Assembly: GCA_016713645.1 (NCBI GenBank)
Contig: JADJOU010000008.1
Coordinates: forward strand, 43,472-107,471
Direction of reading: 5' to 3'
Source of the DNA: Bacteroidota bacterium
Lineage (GTDB): Bacteria; Bacteroidota; Bacteroidia; Chitinophagales; JADJOU01
DNA: 64,000 nt
Shown: positions 32,616 to 43,350 of the stretch, piece after piece
Layout: each line of letters starts with the position of its first letter
Position numbering within the stretch: the first letter of the stretch is position 1
Translations under genes and position numbers: made by a program
The notes under the pieces: generated by a model
The model's input: only the letters and a program-made list of their open reading frames with translations
The model's database searches: none
Told to the model about the DNA's origin: nothing

Positions 32616-34478
32616 ATGTTTAAGAAATACGATTTAATTGTTGTTGGTGCTGGCCATGCCGGATGTGAAGCTGCTGTTGCGGGAGCAAATATGGGTGCTT
32701 CTGTCCTTTTAATCACCATGAATTTACAAGCCATAGGTCAGATGAGTTGTAACCCGGCAATGGGTGGTGTAGCCAAGGGACAGATTGTTAGAGAAATTGA
32801 TGCGCTCGGCGGATATAGTGGTATAGTCAGTGATAAATCCATGATTCAATTTAGAATGCTCAATGCGTCTAAAGGAGAAGCGATGTGGAGCCCGCGCACA
32901 CAAAATGATCGAATGCTATTTGCTAGTGAATGGAGAAATATGCTCGAGCAAAATCCTAACATAGATTTCTGGCAAGAGATGGTTGCTGGGTTAATTGTAA
33001 AAGGAGATAAAGTAATAGGAATCAAAACTGGCTTTGGTACGGAAATATATGCTTCTGCAGTTGTCTTAACCAATGGAACTTTCCTCAATGGAATTATTCA
33101 TATCGGAGAAAAACAATTGGGCGGTGGCAGAGCAGGAGAAAGTGCCTCAAAGGGAATTACCGAGCAACTCGCCAATCTAGGATTTGAATTTGGTAGAATG
33201 AAAACGGGCACCCCACCTAGAGTGGATGGTAGAAGTTTGGATTATACTAAAATGGAAGAACAACACGGAGATGAAGATGTAGTTGGTTTTTCCTACCTCA
33301 ATATCCTAAAACCGGCACAACAGAGATGTTGCTGGATAACCTATACCAATAATATAGTTCACGACGCATTGAGAGAAGGGTTTGTTAGAAGCCCCATGTT
33401 CAATGGCCGCATTCAAGGATTGGGCCCAAGGTATTGTCCGTCTATAGAAGATAAAATCAATCGATTTGCTGAGCGAGACAGACATCAATTATTTGTTGAA
33501 CCCGAGGGATGGAATACGGTAGAGATTTATGTCAATGGTTTTTCTACTTCCCTGCCTGAAGATATTCAATACAAAGCGATGAGATTAATCCCTGGGTTTG
33601 AAAACGCTAAGATGTTTAGACCTGGATATGCGATAGAATATGATTACTTTCCACCGACCCAATTGGAAAATTCCCTACAAACAAAATTGATCAAAGGGTT
33701 GTTTTTTGCTGGACAAATTAACGGAACGACGGGTTATGAGGAAGCCGCTTGTCAAGGTTTGGTTGCGGGAATGAATGCGATTCGTTTTATCCGCGACGAA
33801 GAGCCTATTGTCTTCGGAAGGGAAGAAGCCTATATTGGTGTATTGATCGACGACCTAATAAATAAAGGAACGGAAGAACCCTATAGAATGTTCACCTCTC
33901 GAGCAGAGTATAGATTGCTCTTGAGACAGGATAATGCTGATATTCGCTTGACAGAACGCGGCAGAAAAATCGGCATGGTCGATGATGAGCGGTACCAAAA
34001 ATATACTGAGCGACTAGATAATATCGGCAAAATCACGAAATACATAGAAAATGCCAGTATTAAACCAGAGGAAATGAACGCCTATTTGGTGTCAAAAGGA
34101 TCTAGTCCGCTGAATCAGGGCATGAAATTGAAGACAATATTGACCAGACCGGATGTTGAATTGATGGAAATGATTGAACAAATACCGCAGGTTAAAGAAA
34201 ACTTAGCGCGATTTGATCGAGAGGATATAAAAACGGCCGAAATAGAAATCAAGTATGAAGGCTATATTGTAAAAGAAAATGAACAAGTAGAAAAGCAAAA
34301 GCGCTTAGAGGATATGAAATTGCGGGATAGTTTGGACTATCGCGAGATCAAATCGCTATCGCTTGAAGCAGTAGAAAAGCTCCAAAAGGTCAGGCCAAAA
34401 ACGATAGGCCAGGCGAGTCGTGTAAGCGGAATTAGCCCAGCGGATATCAATGTGCTCATGGTATATGTTGCCAAATAG
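32616..34478 (+). CDS. mnmG: tRNA uridine 5-carboxymethylaminomethyl modification enzyme MnmG (GidA)
   Basis: 620-aa ORF with the N-terminal FAD motif (VVGAGHAGCEAA) and full-length similarity. Confidence 0.96.
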   Translation: MFKKYDLIVVGAGHAGCEAAVAGANMGASVLLITMNLQAIGQMSCNPAMGGVAKGQIVREIDALGGYSGIVSDKSMIQFRMLNASKGEAMWSPRTQNDRMLFASEWRNMLEQNPNIDFWQEMVAGLIVKGDKVIGIKTGFGTEIYASAVVLTNGTFLNGIIHIGEKQLGGGRAGESASKGITEQLANLGFEFGRMKTGTPPRVDGRSLDYTKMEEQHGDEDVVGFSYLNILKPAQQRCCWITYTNNIVHDALREGFVRSPMFNGRIQGLGPRYCPSIEDKINRFAERDRHQLFVEPEGWNTVEIYVNGFSTSLPEDIQYKAMRLIPGFENAKMFRPGYAIEYDYFPPTQLENSLQTKLIKGLFFAGQINGTTGYEEAACQGLVAGMNAIRFIRDEEPIVFGREEAYIGVLIDDLINKGTEEPYRMFTSRAEYRLLLRQDNADIRLTERGRKIGMVDDERYQKYTERLDNIGKITKYIENASIKPEEMNAYLVSKGSSPLNQGMKLKTILTRPDVELMEMIEQIPQVKENLARFDREDIKTAEIEIKYEGYIVKENEQVEKQKRLEDMKLRDSLDYREIKSLSLEAVEKLQKVRPKTIGQASRVSGISPADINVLMVYVAK

Positions 34479-34485
34479 ATAAAGC

Positions 34486-36059
34486 ATGATACATTTAGAA
34501 ATTGACGAAACCTTCATTCATGCTTTGCCAGCAGACCCCAACCTAAATAACGAGCGCAGGCAAGTGAGGCAAGCATGTTATTCTTTCGTCAAACCGACAA
34601 TTCCCACGAGTCCTCATATCATTCATGTTGCGGAAGAAGTGACAGACCTGATTGGGTTGAAAGCAGAAGAGTTAAATACCGAATCGTTTTTAAATGTCTT
34701 TTCCGGAAAGGAGATATTCCCCCATACACATCCATTTGCCATGGCTTATGCAGGCCATCAATTTGGTCATTGGGCGGGACAATTGGGTGATGGTAGAGCC
34801 ATTAATTTGACAGAAGTGCTGTGCAATAAACAGCGGTTTATGCTCCAGCTGAAAGGAGCTGGTCCAACACCCTATTCTCGTTCAGGCGACGGTTATGCGG
34901 TATTGCGATCATCTATCCGCGAACATCTCTGCAGTGAGGCCATGCATTATTTGGGAGTTCAGACGACGAGGTCGCTATCCCTTATCGGCACAGAAGATAT
35001 AGTGGCGAGGGATATGCTCTATAATGGCAATATCCAAATGGAAAAAGGGGCTATTGTCTGCAGGGTTGCACCGAGTTTTATACGCTTCGGAAACTTTGAA
35101 TTGCTAGCCGCCAATAAAGACATTGTCAATCTAAAAAAGCTCGCTGACTATACCATTGAGCTATTTTTCCCTGAAATAAATGAATCAGGAGCAGATAAAT
35201 ATATCCATTTTTTAAGCGCAGTTTCAGAAAAAACACGTATGATGATACTCGATTGGCAGCGGGTTGGATTCGTCCATGGTGTAATGAATACCGACAATAT
35301 GTCTATTCACAGCGTAACGATTGACTATGGACCATATGGTTGGTTGGAGGGATATGATGAGGGCTGGACACCCAATACTACGGACCGCGAACACAAGCGA
35401 TATCGATTCGGCAACCAAGCCAATATCGCCCTATGGAATCTAATGCAATTGGCAAATGCCCTCTATCCATTGATTGAAAAAGTGGAACCGCTGGAAGAGA
35501 TATTGCATGGATTTGGTGAACAATATCGAAACGATTACGCGGATATGATGCGGGAAAATTGGGATTATCGCAGCTAGAGGAAGGGGATGATGAATTGATA
35601 AAAAACCTCATCGACAGTCTGCAATTAGCGGAAACGGACATGACTATTTTCTTCAGAAACCTATCAAATATCCATCAAAACGCCCAGGTTTCTTGGGAGG
35701 AAATCATGGATAAATTGGGCAATGCATTTTATAAACAGGGTGAATTAACGGAAACGGTCAAAGATAAATGGGCGGTTTGGATGGGCAATTATGTTCTGCG
35801 ATTGCAAAAAGAAGCGCGGCCAGATGAAGAGAGAGTGCAAGCGATGAATCGAGTCAACCCAAAATATGTCTTGAGAAACTATATGGCGCAAATGGTCATC
35901 GAGGAAGCAGAAAAAGGAAATTACCAATTATTGAATGAAGTATTCGAATTATTGAAGCGGCCATACGAGGAACAAGTAGAAAATGAAAAATGGTTTGCAA
36001 AAAGACCAGAATGGGCGAGGAATAAAATTGGTTGTTCCGCACTTTCATGTAGTTCATAG
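34486..36059 (+). pseudogene. selO: Protein adenylyltransferase SelO (YdiU/UPF0061), frameshifted
   Basis: ORFs 34486-35577 and 35559-36059 join as ...MMREKLGLSQLEEGDDEL... if the A4 run at 35555-35558 is read as A5. Pseudokinase motifs present: GDGRA, QLKGAG, HGVMNTDNMS. Confidence 0.88.
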
Positions 36060-36415
36060 TTGAAAAAGAGACCTAAAAAATTATCCTCTATTCCAGCCCA
36101 AAATCCAAGGACAAAAATTATACACGAAATATAGAGGCTTAAAATGAAGATAAATAAACGTGAAGCCAATCTGAATGGGGGTTTTCGAGAGAAACTACAC
36201 GTGGAACAATTCTTTTAAAATAAACGGAGATAGAGCGAGGAAAAAGCAGTAAACCACTCTAAATGAATCAACTAGATATAATTTCATCTGCGAGGGAGAA
36301 TTGAACGACAAAATGGATCAAAAAAGTTCAGCGAATAAAAATTTACCCAAGAGAGAAATTATATATGCGATATTAGATGCATGTAAATTCTCTAGAGAAA
36401 AAGCAAAGAAAAAAT

Positions 36416-37270
36416 TTATTTGCCTTTTTGTGCCTCAGCGATGAGTTTTTGATTCATATTGATATAATCATCACTTTTTGCTTCTTTGGCTAAAATCATG
36501 GATTGTTCAGCAGAGGCAATGGCGCCTTTGAAATCTTTGAGTTTCATTTGAATTTTTGCTTTCAAGTGAACCATGTAAAAAGCTTTTGGATTTTGCTCAA
36601 TAGCTTTATTGGCCCATTCAAGCGCTTTGTTGAGGTCTTTGTTGTTTTCATAATAATATCCCGCTGCTTGAAAATAGGGTCTGCCGTCTAAAGCCAAGCT
36701 AGTCTCGATATTCTTCATGATCTTGCTGTCGATTTCTGCGACAATAGAAAAGCTGACACGCGTATTCTCCCAAATAAATTCTAGGTTGCAAGCACTAGGT
36801 GTAATTTCTGCAAAATTCATGGTAAAGGTCTCCGTCTTGGCGCTGTAAGCATGGGCCTTGGCGCGAATGCGCAAGACTTCATTTTCTTTTTTATAATCCG
36901 CCACATTGCCTCCCAATTTCAAATCGCTGTAGAAGAGGATATCCCAGCTGTCTTTATTCGGGATGGTATATAGCGCGTAAGTACCTGTGGGGAGGGACTT
37001 GCCATCCACTTTCACCTCTTCGCCAAAGGTGATTTTAGTAGAAGCATTGGCACCTGTTCGCCAGATTTTACCGAAAGGCACGACATCGCCAAAAACCACG
37101 CGGCCACGAGCGCTCGGGCGGGAATATTCCAATTTGATAGACGAAAGGGCAAAGCTCTGTTCCAAGGTTTGCAGCGGACTGAGGGCCGGCACCTTGAGTT
37201 GTTGAGCGTGTATCGGTGCAGAGAGCAAGGCAGCAAAAGCAAGGATCAAAAATGAGTGGAGTGATTTCAT
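36416..37270 (-). CDS. DUF2911 domain protein with a C-terminal TPR-like region
   Basis: 284-aa ORF with a signal peptide, then IKLEYSRPSARGR...FGKIWRTGAN, typical of DUF2911. Confidence 0.7.
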   Translation of the reverse strand: MKSLHSFLILAFAALLSAPIHAQQLKVPALSPLQTLEQSFALSSIKLEYSRPSARGRVVFGDVVPFGKIWRTGANASTKITFGEEVKVDGKSLPTGTYALYTIPNKDSWDILFYSDLKLGGNVADYKKENEVLRIRAKAHAYSAKTETFTMNFAEITPSACNLEFIWENTRVSFSIVAEIDSKIMKNIETSLALDGRPYFQAAGYYYENNKDLNKALEWANKAIEQNPKAFYMVHLKAKIQMKLKDFKGAIASAEQSMILAKEAKSDDYINMNQKLIAEAQKGK

Positions 37271-37459
37271 AAGTATGGAATAAAATGTGGAGCGAATATA
37301 CGGGGAAAGAGATTAGTTAAGGGGATAAATAAGTGGTGTATGTTATATGGTGTCTGGTGTTTGGTCCCTACACTGTGCAGGGATGAGGCATTTTTGGAAT
37401 TTGGAGTGCAATCACGGAATTCATCCAATGTGCTTCTTAATAAAATATCCTCCGAATAC

Positions 37460-37492
37460 GTCATTCCAAACTAGATTTGGAATCTGTTGTGC
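37460..37492. repeat. Short hairpin repeat, copy 1 (GTCATTCCAAACT...GGAATCTGTTGTGC)
   Basis: Stem ATTCCAAA/TTTGGAAT with loop CTAGA. Both ends are shared with the copy at 37611-37669. Confidence 0.6.
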
Positions 37493-37610
37493 CTTCAACC
37501 GAACCGATTCGAAATCGAAAACAATTCAATAATCGCAAGTTGCAAAGCCACCACAATCGTTTTATATCACTCCTTTATATATTTCCCTCATTCAAAATTT
37601 CTCCGCGTCT

Positions 37611-37669
37611 GTCATTCCAAACTTGATATGTCCTGCCCCGAGACAAAGTGTAGGGGGAATCTGTTGTGC
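37611..37669. repeat. Short hairpin repeat, copy 2 (expanded by about 26 bp in the loop)
   Basis: Same termini (GTCATTCCAAACTTGAT ... GGAATCTGTTGTGC) as copy 1. Confidence 0.6.
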
Positions 37670-37731
37670 TTTAAACACAACGGAATAAAATCAACCACAT
37701 AAGGCAAATAAGCGCACATAAGACGAAAGAG

Positions 37732-40700
37732 CTATTCCTGAATTAGCAATTTCCCCTTTTCAATATTTCCACGGAAAGAAATTTCGTATAGATAAAATCC
37801 AGGAACGAGGTGTGATATTGGGAGAGTATTTATTTTCTGATTCAAATAATAGGTCAGTATTTTTTTACCGTCCAAAGAGAGCAAAACTATGGATGCATGG
37901 AAATCTTCATCACTCAGAGAAATGGTTAACGATTCCCGCGCAGGGTTGGGATAAATGCGAACTTGCTGGCTGAGGTTGTTTTGATTTAATCCAACAGAAT
38001 TAATAGGCACACAAGCAGAAGTGTCGGAACAATTCGTTTGAGTAACAACTACTTTAAAAGAACCATTAAAAGATGGAGTAAATGATTCAGCATTGGCTTC
38101 AGCTATTATAGTATTGGTCGCACAATTGATCCATTGATAAGTAGCACCAGCTTGTGCAGCAGTGATGGTATTTCCGGTCGTATTGGTCAGTTTACTCGGC
38201 AGTGGCGTGACCGTCAAGTTTAAAGTGACCACAGAATCGCATCCATTGAAAGAGGTAAATGTATCTTTGAAAGCGCCGGAAGTGTTTCTGGCTATGCCGT
38301 TCCAGAGAAAGGATTGGTTGGCGCAGATGGTTTGGTTGATGCTGCTTGAACTTGTTGGTTTGACGGTAAGATTTAAACTGACCACAGAATCACAACCACT
38401 AAACGAAGTAAATGTATCTTTAAAAGCGCCAGAAGTGTTTCTGGCTATGCCGTTCCAAAGGAAGGATTGGTTGGCGCAGATGGTTTGATTGAAATTGAAG
38501 TTAAAAGAGAAGCTACGAATAACAATTTTGTTTTCGGAGGGTTTACTTACAATGAGATAATTAAAGGCGGAATCAAAAGCGCTAAAAAGAGTGATGCTTG
38601 GATTGGCAGCACTTCCCAACACACTATTGCAATTATTAATCGTGCCAATGATTTCAGCATTATCAGCAGCAATTGTTATAGCACCAGCGTTTATAAAAGC
38701 CCCATTATCCCAAAACGAACTTCCTACAACATAATTTCCATTAGTTAAAGCGGTAACACCATTATTTCCAATTTGGTCATTTGCCTGAGAACCTACGAGC
38801 GAATTGCTCGCGCTAACAGCGCCGACTCTTCCTGTTGTTCCATTGCCCCAAGTCACCGCCCCAGCATTAGCAATCACCCCATTGTCCCAAGAGTTAGAAG
38901 TGACCACATAATTTCCATTGGATAAAGCGGTAATTCCGTTACTTCCAATTAGGTCACTAGCCGAAGATCCGACAAGCGAATTGCTCGCGCTAACAATGCC
39001 GACGCTTCCTGTTGTTCCATTGCCCCAAGTTACCGCCCCAGCATTAGCAATCACCCCATTGTCCCAATTTGGACTTCCTACAACATAATTCCCATTTGTT
39101 AAAGCGGTAATTCCGCCATTTCCAGTATTGTCATTAGCCGAAGAACCGACGAGCGAATTGCTCGCGCTAATAGCGCCAACAATTCCTGTTGTTCCGTTGC
39201 CCCAAGTCACCGCCCCAGCATCAGCAATCGCCCCATTGTCCCATGACGGGCTTCTTACTACATAATTTCCATTGGATAAAGCGGCAATTACATAATTTCC
39301 AATTTGGTCATTAGCCGATGTTCCGACGAGCGAATTGCTTGCGCTAACGGTACCAACTCTTCCAGTTGATCCATCGCACCACGTCGCTGCTCCAGCATTG
39401 CCAATTGCACCATTGTCCCAATTCAAACTTCTTACAACATAATTTCCATTGGATAAAGCGGCAATTCCGTTACTTCCAATTGCATCATTAGCCGAAGATC
39501 CGACGAGCGAATTGCTCGCGCTAACGGGACCAACTCTTCCTGTTGTTCCATTGCCCCAAGTCACCGCCCCAGCATCAGCAATCGCCCCATTGTCCCAGAA
39601 CGGGCGTGTTACAACATAATTCCCATTTGTTAAAGCGGTAATTGCACCACCTCCAAATGCATCATTAGCTGAAGATCCGACGAGCGAATTGCTCGCGCTA
39701 ACAGCGCCGACAATTCCTATTGTTCCATTGCCCCAAGTCACCGCCCCAGCATCAACAATCGCCCCATTGTCCCAAGAGTTAGAAGTGACCACATAGTTTC
39801 CATTGGATAAAGCGGTAATTCCGTTATTTCCAATTAGGTCACTAGCCGCAGATCCGATGAGCGAATTGCTTGCGCTCACAGTGCCGACAATTCCAGTTGT
39901 TCCATTACCCCAAGTCACCGCCCCAGCTTGAGCAATCGCCCCATTGTCCCAATTCCGGCTACTTACGACATAATTCCCATTTGTTAAAGCGGTAATTCCA
40001 CTACCTCCAATTGCATCATTAGCCGAAGAACCGACGAGCGAATTGCTTGCGTTAACGGGACCAACTCTTCCAGTTGTTCCGTTGCACCAAGTCACTGCCC
40101 CGGCATTAGCAATCGCCCCATTGTCCCAATTTGGACATCCTATAACATAATTCCCATTGGATAAAACAGTAATTCCATTAAATCCAATTTGGTCATTAGT
40201 CACAGATCCGACGAGTGAATTGCTCGCGCTAACAACGCCGACTTTTCCTGTTGTTCCATCACACCAAGTCACTGCCCCAGCATCTGCAATGGCACCATTG
40301 TCCCAATCTAGACTCCTTACAACATAATTCGCATTTGATAAAACAGTAATAGTACTACTACCAATTTGGTCATTAGCCGAAGAACCTATGAGCGAATTGC
40401 TCGCGCTAACAACGCCGACGCTTCCTGTTGTTCCATTGCCCCACGTCACCGCCCCAGCATTAGCAATCGCCCCATTGTCCCAATTTGGACTTCCTATAAC
40501 ATAATTCCCATTGGATAAAACAGTAATTCCATTAAATCCAATTTGGTCATTAGTCACAGATCCGACGAGTGAATTGCTCGCGCTAACAACGCCGACAACT
40601 CCTGTTGTTCCATTGCCCCAAGTCACCGCCCCAGCATTAGCAATTGCCCCATTGTCCCAATTCACACTTCTTACAACATAATTTCCATTGGTTAAGATGC

Positions 40701-40986
40701 TAATTCCGCCGGAGCCAACCTGGTCGTTCGCTGTTGAGCCAGTTAATGTGCTAATCAGCGCATGAGTTGCCCCATTATACAAATAAACGGCACCGACATC
40801 AGTCAAGGAATTGTCAAAGAGCGGGTCGGTTACTACGTAATTCCCATTCGGCAATACTGTGACCGTTTTACCAAATTGGCCGCTGCCAGAAGGGCCATTG
40901 ATTATTTTATTTTGAGCCGATAAAGAGCAAAAATTAAATGGAATAAAGAAGACAATAAGTAAAAATGTAAAAACAAAGTGGTTCAT
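37732..40986 (-). CDS. Large T9SS-secreted repeat protein (about thirteen 59-aa tandem repeats, two 51-aa Cys-containing repeats, type A C-terminal sorting domain)
   Basis: Signal peptide ...SLSAQ. Repeat unit: NGNYVVxSxxWDNGAIxNAGAVTWGNGTTGxVGxVSASNSLVGSxANDQIGxxGITAL. C-terminus: VRIYPNPARESLTISL...GFYLYEI. Confidence 0.85.
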   Translation of the reverse strand: MNHFVFTFLLIVFFIPFNFCSLSAQNKIINGPSGSGQFGKTVTVLPNGNYVVTDPLFDNSLTDVGAVYLYNGATHALISTLTGSTANDQVGSGGISILTNGNYVVRSVNWDNGAIANAGAVTWGNGTTGVVGVVSASNSLVGSVTNDQIGFNGITVLSNGNYVIGSPNWDNGAIANAGAVTWGNGTTGSVGVVSASNSLIGSSANDQIGSSTITVLSNANYVVRSLDWDNGAIADAGAVTWCDGTTGKVGVVSASNSLVGSVTNDQIGFNGITVLSNGNYVIGCPNWDNGAIANAGAVTWCNGTTGRVGPVNASNSLVGSSANDAIGGSGITALTNGNYVVSSRNWDNGAIAQAGAVTWGNGTTGIVGTVSASNSLIGSAASDLIGNNGITALSNGNYVVTSNSWDNGAIVDAGAVTWGNGTIGIVGAVSASNSLVGSSANDAFGGGAITALTNGNYVVTRPFWDNGAIADAGAVTWGNGTTGRVGPVSASNSLVGSSANDAIGSNGIAALSNGNYVVRSLNWDNGAIGNAGAATWCDGSTGRVGTVSASNSLVGTSANDQIGNYVIAALSNGNYVVRSPSWDNGAIADAGAVTWGNGTTGIVGAISASNSLVGSSANDNTGNGGITALTNGNYVVGSPNWDNGVIANAGAVTWGNGTTGSVGIVSASNSLVGSSASDLIGSNGITALSNGNYVVTSNSWDNGVIANAGAVTWGNGTTGRVGAVSASNSLVGSQANDQIGNNGVTALTNGNYVVGSSFWDNGAFINAGAITIAADNAEIIGTINNCNSVLGSAANPSITLFSAFDSAFNYLIVSKPSENKIVIRSFSFNFNFNQTICANQSFLWNGIARNTSGAFKDTFTSFSGCDSVVSLNLTVKPTSSSSINQTICANQSFLWNGIARNTSGAFKDTFTSFNGCDSVVTLNLTVTPLPSKLTNTTGNTITAAQAGATYQWINCATNTIIAEANAESFTPSFNGSFKVVVTQTNCSDTSACVPINSVGLNQNNLSQQVRIYPNPARESLTISLSDEDFHASIVLLSLDGKKILTYYLNQKINTLPISHLVPGFYLYEISFRGNIEKGKLLIQE
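38190..38490. repeat. 153-bp tandem duplication (two 51-aa NQTICANQSFLWNGIARNTSGAFKDTFTSF.GCDSVV.LNLTV units)
   Basis: GGATTGGTTGGCGCAGATGGTTTG occurs at 38311 and 38464. The antisense ORF 38162-38488 also shows the duplication. Confidence 0.85.
38570..40850. repeat. 177-bp coding tandem repeat array (about 13 units) inside the large T9SS protein gene
   Basis: Blocks such as GCGAATTGCTCGCGCTAAC recur every 177 bp (for example at 38799 and 38976). Several units are near-identical at the DNA level. Confidence 0.85.
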
Positions 40987-41425
40987 AAATTATAAAATTT
41001 TAATACAATAATTAACGAAGATAGCAAAGTATTTATATTTAGGCGACTATATACATTGTGGGACAGAGTTTAATATTCCAAAATACATAATATAATAAAA
41101 AATGGTAGAAACGCAAGGGTTGTCGGTCTTTTCTTGAGAGTAGTCGTTTCTATAGAAAGCGTTCAGAAACTACTATAATTCTAATGATTTTCTTTTAAAA
41201 AATATTTTAAGATTTCCCACAACATGCGTAATGTTGGAGTTAAGTCTTTTACCACTTTAAAAAAGTGACATTTTGTTTTAAAATTCATAAAAAAGAATTA
41301 AAAGTGAAAAAAAATCTTTATTTCTAAAAGTTCTTTCTTTAGTAAATCTTTTCTTATAACTCCCTTACGCCCTACCAAAATCAAATATAATTATATATAT
41401 TAGAAACATATAAATAATTGTTTAG

Positions 41426-42736
41426 TTAAATTCTTAAATAAAACAAAAATGGATTAGTTAAGAGCTTAAACTCAAAAAACGCCTCAATCGCCCCATACAC
41501 CTTTTCCAATTCCTCATCACTCATACAATACATCGGCAAGATATAAATGACATTGCCCAGCGGGCGGAGCAAGATATCGTGCGAGAGAAAGAAGGAATAA
41601 ATCTCAGTACTGATTGAATTGAAATACGAGGTCTCTGCTGGTGTGATAATGTCCATGGCAATGATGGTGCCGGTCTGTCGGACGTTGCGGACAGAGGGAT
41701 GGACGGAGATTTTCTTTGCAAAGTGTGCGTGAGATGATGTGATTCGCGAAATATTTTCTGTGCATTCAATGCGCTGCAATAATTCCATTGAGGCATTCGC
41801 CGCGGCACAGGCCAAGGGATTGGCGGTATAGGAATGTCCGTGAAAAAAAGTCTTGGCCTTGTCATCGGAGTAAAATGCATCGTAGATAAATGCTGCACAA
41901 ACCGTCACACCCAAGGGCATAAATCCGCCGGTGATGCCCTTTGACAAGCAAATGATATCGGGTTGATGATGGAGGTAATTGATCGCGAAGTGTTTTCCTG
42001 TTCTGCCAAATCCCGTCATCACTTCGTCGGCGATAGCAATAACGTTGTGTTCTTTAGCGATAGCGAGAAGGGCATCGAGGTGTGCGGCCTCATACATGAG
42101 CATGCCCGCAGCGCCCTGCACCAGCGGTTCGAAGATAAAGGCAGCGACGCTATCATCTTGGACCAATTTTTTAAATTCCGCTTTTACTGCTTCTATATTC
42201 TCTGCTGTAGGCAAGGGAATATGGTGAACTTTGAATAGATGTTTTTGAAAAGCTTTATTGAATGTGCTCTTCCCGCCGACACTCATCGCACCGAATGTAT
42301 CGCCGTGATAGGCATTTTCAAAGGCGATGATATTGGTCTTGTGGGTGATGTCCTGATTGTCCCAATATTGCAGCGCCATTTTAATAGCGACTTCTACGCA
42401 GGTCGAACCATTGTCTGAAAAGAATACTTTGGAAAAATGCGGCGGTAAAATCTCCATGAGTTTATTCGCCAAATCAATCGCAGGTTGATGGGTGAATCCC
42501 GCGAATATGACTTGCTCTAATTTATGTGCTTGTTTGGCGATCGCTTCAGCAATATGCGGATGGGCATGACCGTGTATATTGACCCACCAAGAGGAGACCG
42601 CATCGATAATGGCGCGACCATCTTTGGTATATAAAAGACTTCCCTTTGCGCTCTCGATGTGAATGGGCGCAGCGGCAATTTTCATCTGCGTGAATGGATG
42701 CCAAATGGGGTTGTTCTCTTTTTCAAAATGATGCAT
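41426..42736 (-). CDS. bioA: Adenosylmethionine-8-amino-7-oxononanoate aminotransferase
   Basis: 436-aa class III aminotransferase with AIADEVMTGFGRTG and the SKGITGG PLP-lysine region. It is the last gene of the bio operon. Confidence 0.92.
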   Translation of the reverse strand: MHHFEKENNPIWHPFTQMKIAAAPIHIESAKGSLLYTKDGRAIIDAVSSWWVNIHGHAHPHIAEAIAKQAHKLEQVIFAGFTHQPAIDLANKLMEILPPHFSKVFFSDNGSTCVEVAIKMALQYWDNQDITHKTNIIAFENAYHGDTFGAMSVGGKSTFNKAFQKHLFKVHHIPLPTAENIEAVKAEFKKLVQDDSVAAFIFEPLVQGAAGMLMYEAAHLDALLAIAKEHNVIAIADEVMTGFGRTGKHFAINYLHHQPDIICLSKGITGGFMPLGVTVCAAFIYDAFYSDDKAKTFFHGHSYTANPLACAAANASMELLQRIECTENISRITSSHAHFAKKISVHPSVRNVRQTGTIIAMDIITPAETSYFNSISTEIYSFFLSHDILLRPLGNVIYILPMYCMSDEELEKVYGAIEAFFEFKLLTNPFLFYLRI

Positions 42737-42738
42737 GG

Positions 42739-43350
42739 CTATAAATCTATCGATAAGTTTTGTGCAAATCTAGCAATCGCTTGGCTATTTAAATCTTCGA
42801 ATTGAGGAATGGAAAATAGCAAGGGCAATTGCGTGTGTTCGAGGATGAATGATTCAGAGGCACTATTTTTTTCACCGCTGAAAACGATGCCACGGATGTC
42901 TATATTTCTGCTTTGCAAAGCGAGGAAGGAAAGCAAGCTATGGTTGATACTTCCTAAATAATTATTGGAAACTAAAATGACTGGTAAAGCGAGATGCTCT
43001 ATCAAGTCGAGGTTGAGGAGGTTTTTTGCGAGCGGACTCATCACACCACCAGCGGTTTCTACTAGGAGATTGTTATGGGTTTGAGGCAATACGATTTTTT
43101 CTTTTTCAATGGTGATTCCCTCTTGTTCTGCGGCATAGTGCGGCGAAGCGGGAATCTGCAAGCGATAGGATTCGGGATGAATCACACAACGCGGATTTGT
43201 CACCAATTTTTTAATCGCGATGCTATCGCTATTGTCTAAATCACCTGCTTGGACAGGTTTGAAGTAGTCATAGCCCAGGGCTTGACAAATCACAGCCGAG
43301 CAGATGGTCTTGCCGACACCGGTATGAATTCCAGCAATTATAACACTCAT
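42739..43350 (-). CDS. bioD: Dethiobiotin synthase
   Basis: 203-aa ORF with the P-loop GIHTGVGKT and ETAGG motifs. Confidence 0.9.
   Translation of the reverse strand: MSVIIAGIHTGVGKTICSAVICQALGYDYFKPVQAGDLDNSDSIAIKKLVTNPRCVIHPESYRLQIPASPHYAAEQEGITIEKEKIVLPQTHNNLLVETAGGVMSPLAKNLLNLDLIEHLALPVILVSNNYLGSINHSLLSFLALQSRNIDIRGIVFSGEKNSASESFILEHTQLPLLFSIPQFEDLNSQAIARFAQNLSIDL

Noticed and set aside
36144-36453. Small ORFs in the selO/DUF2911 gap (24 aa at 36144-36218, which contains the CACGTGGAAC half-site; 46 aa at 36313-36453)
   Set aside because: They are very short, have no recognisable start-site context or family, and the second overlaps the 3' end of the convergent DUF2911 gene. They cannot be supported from sequence alone.
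38570-40850. Regular repeats that could be mistaken for a CRISPR array
   Set aside because: The period is 177 bp with no unique spacers. The repeats are in-frame coding units of one long ORF with a signal peptide and a T9SS CTD. No cas genes are present.
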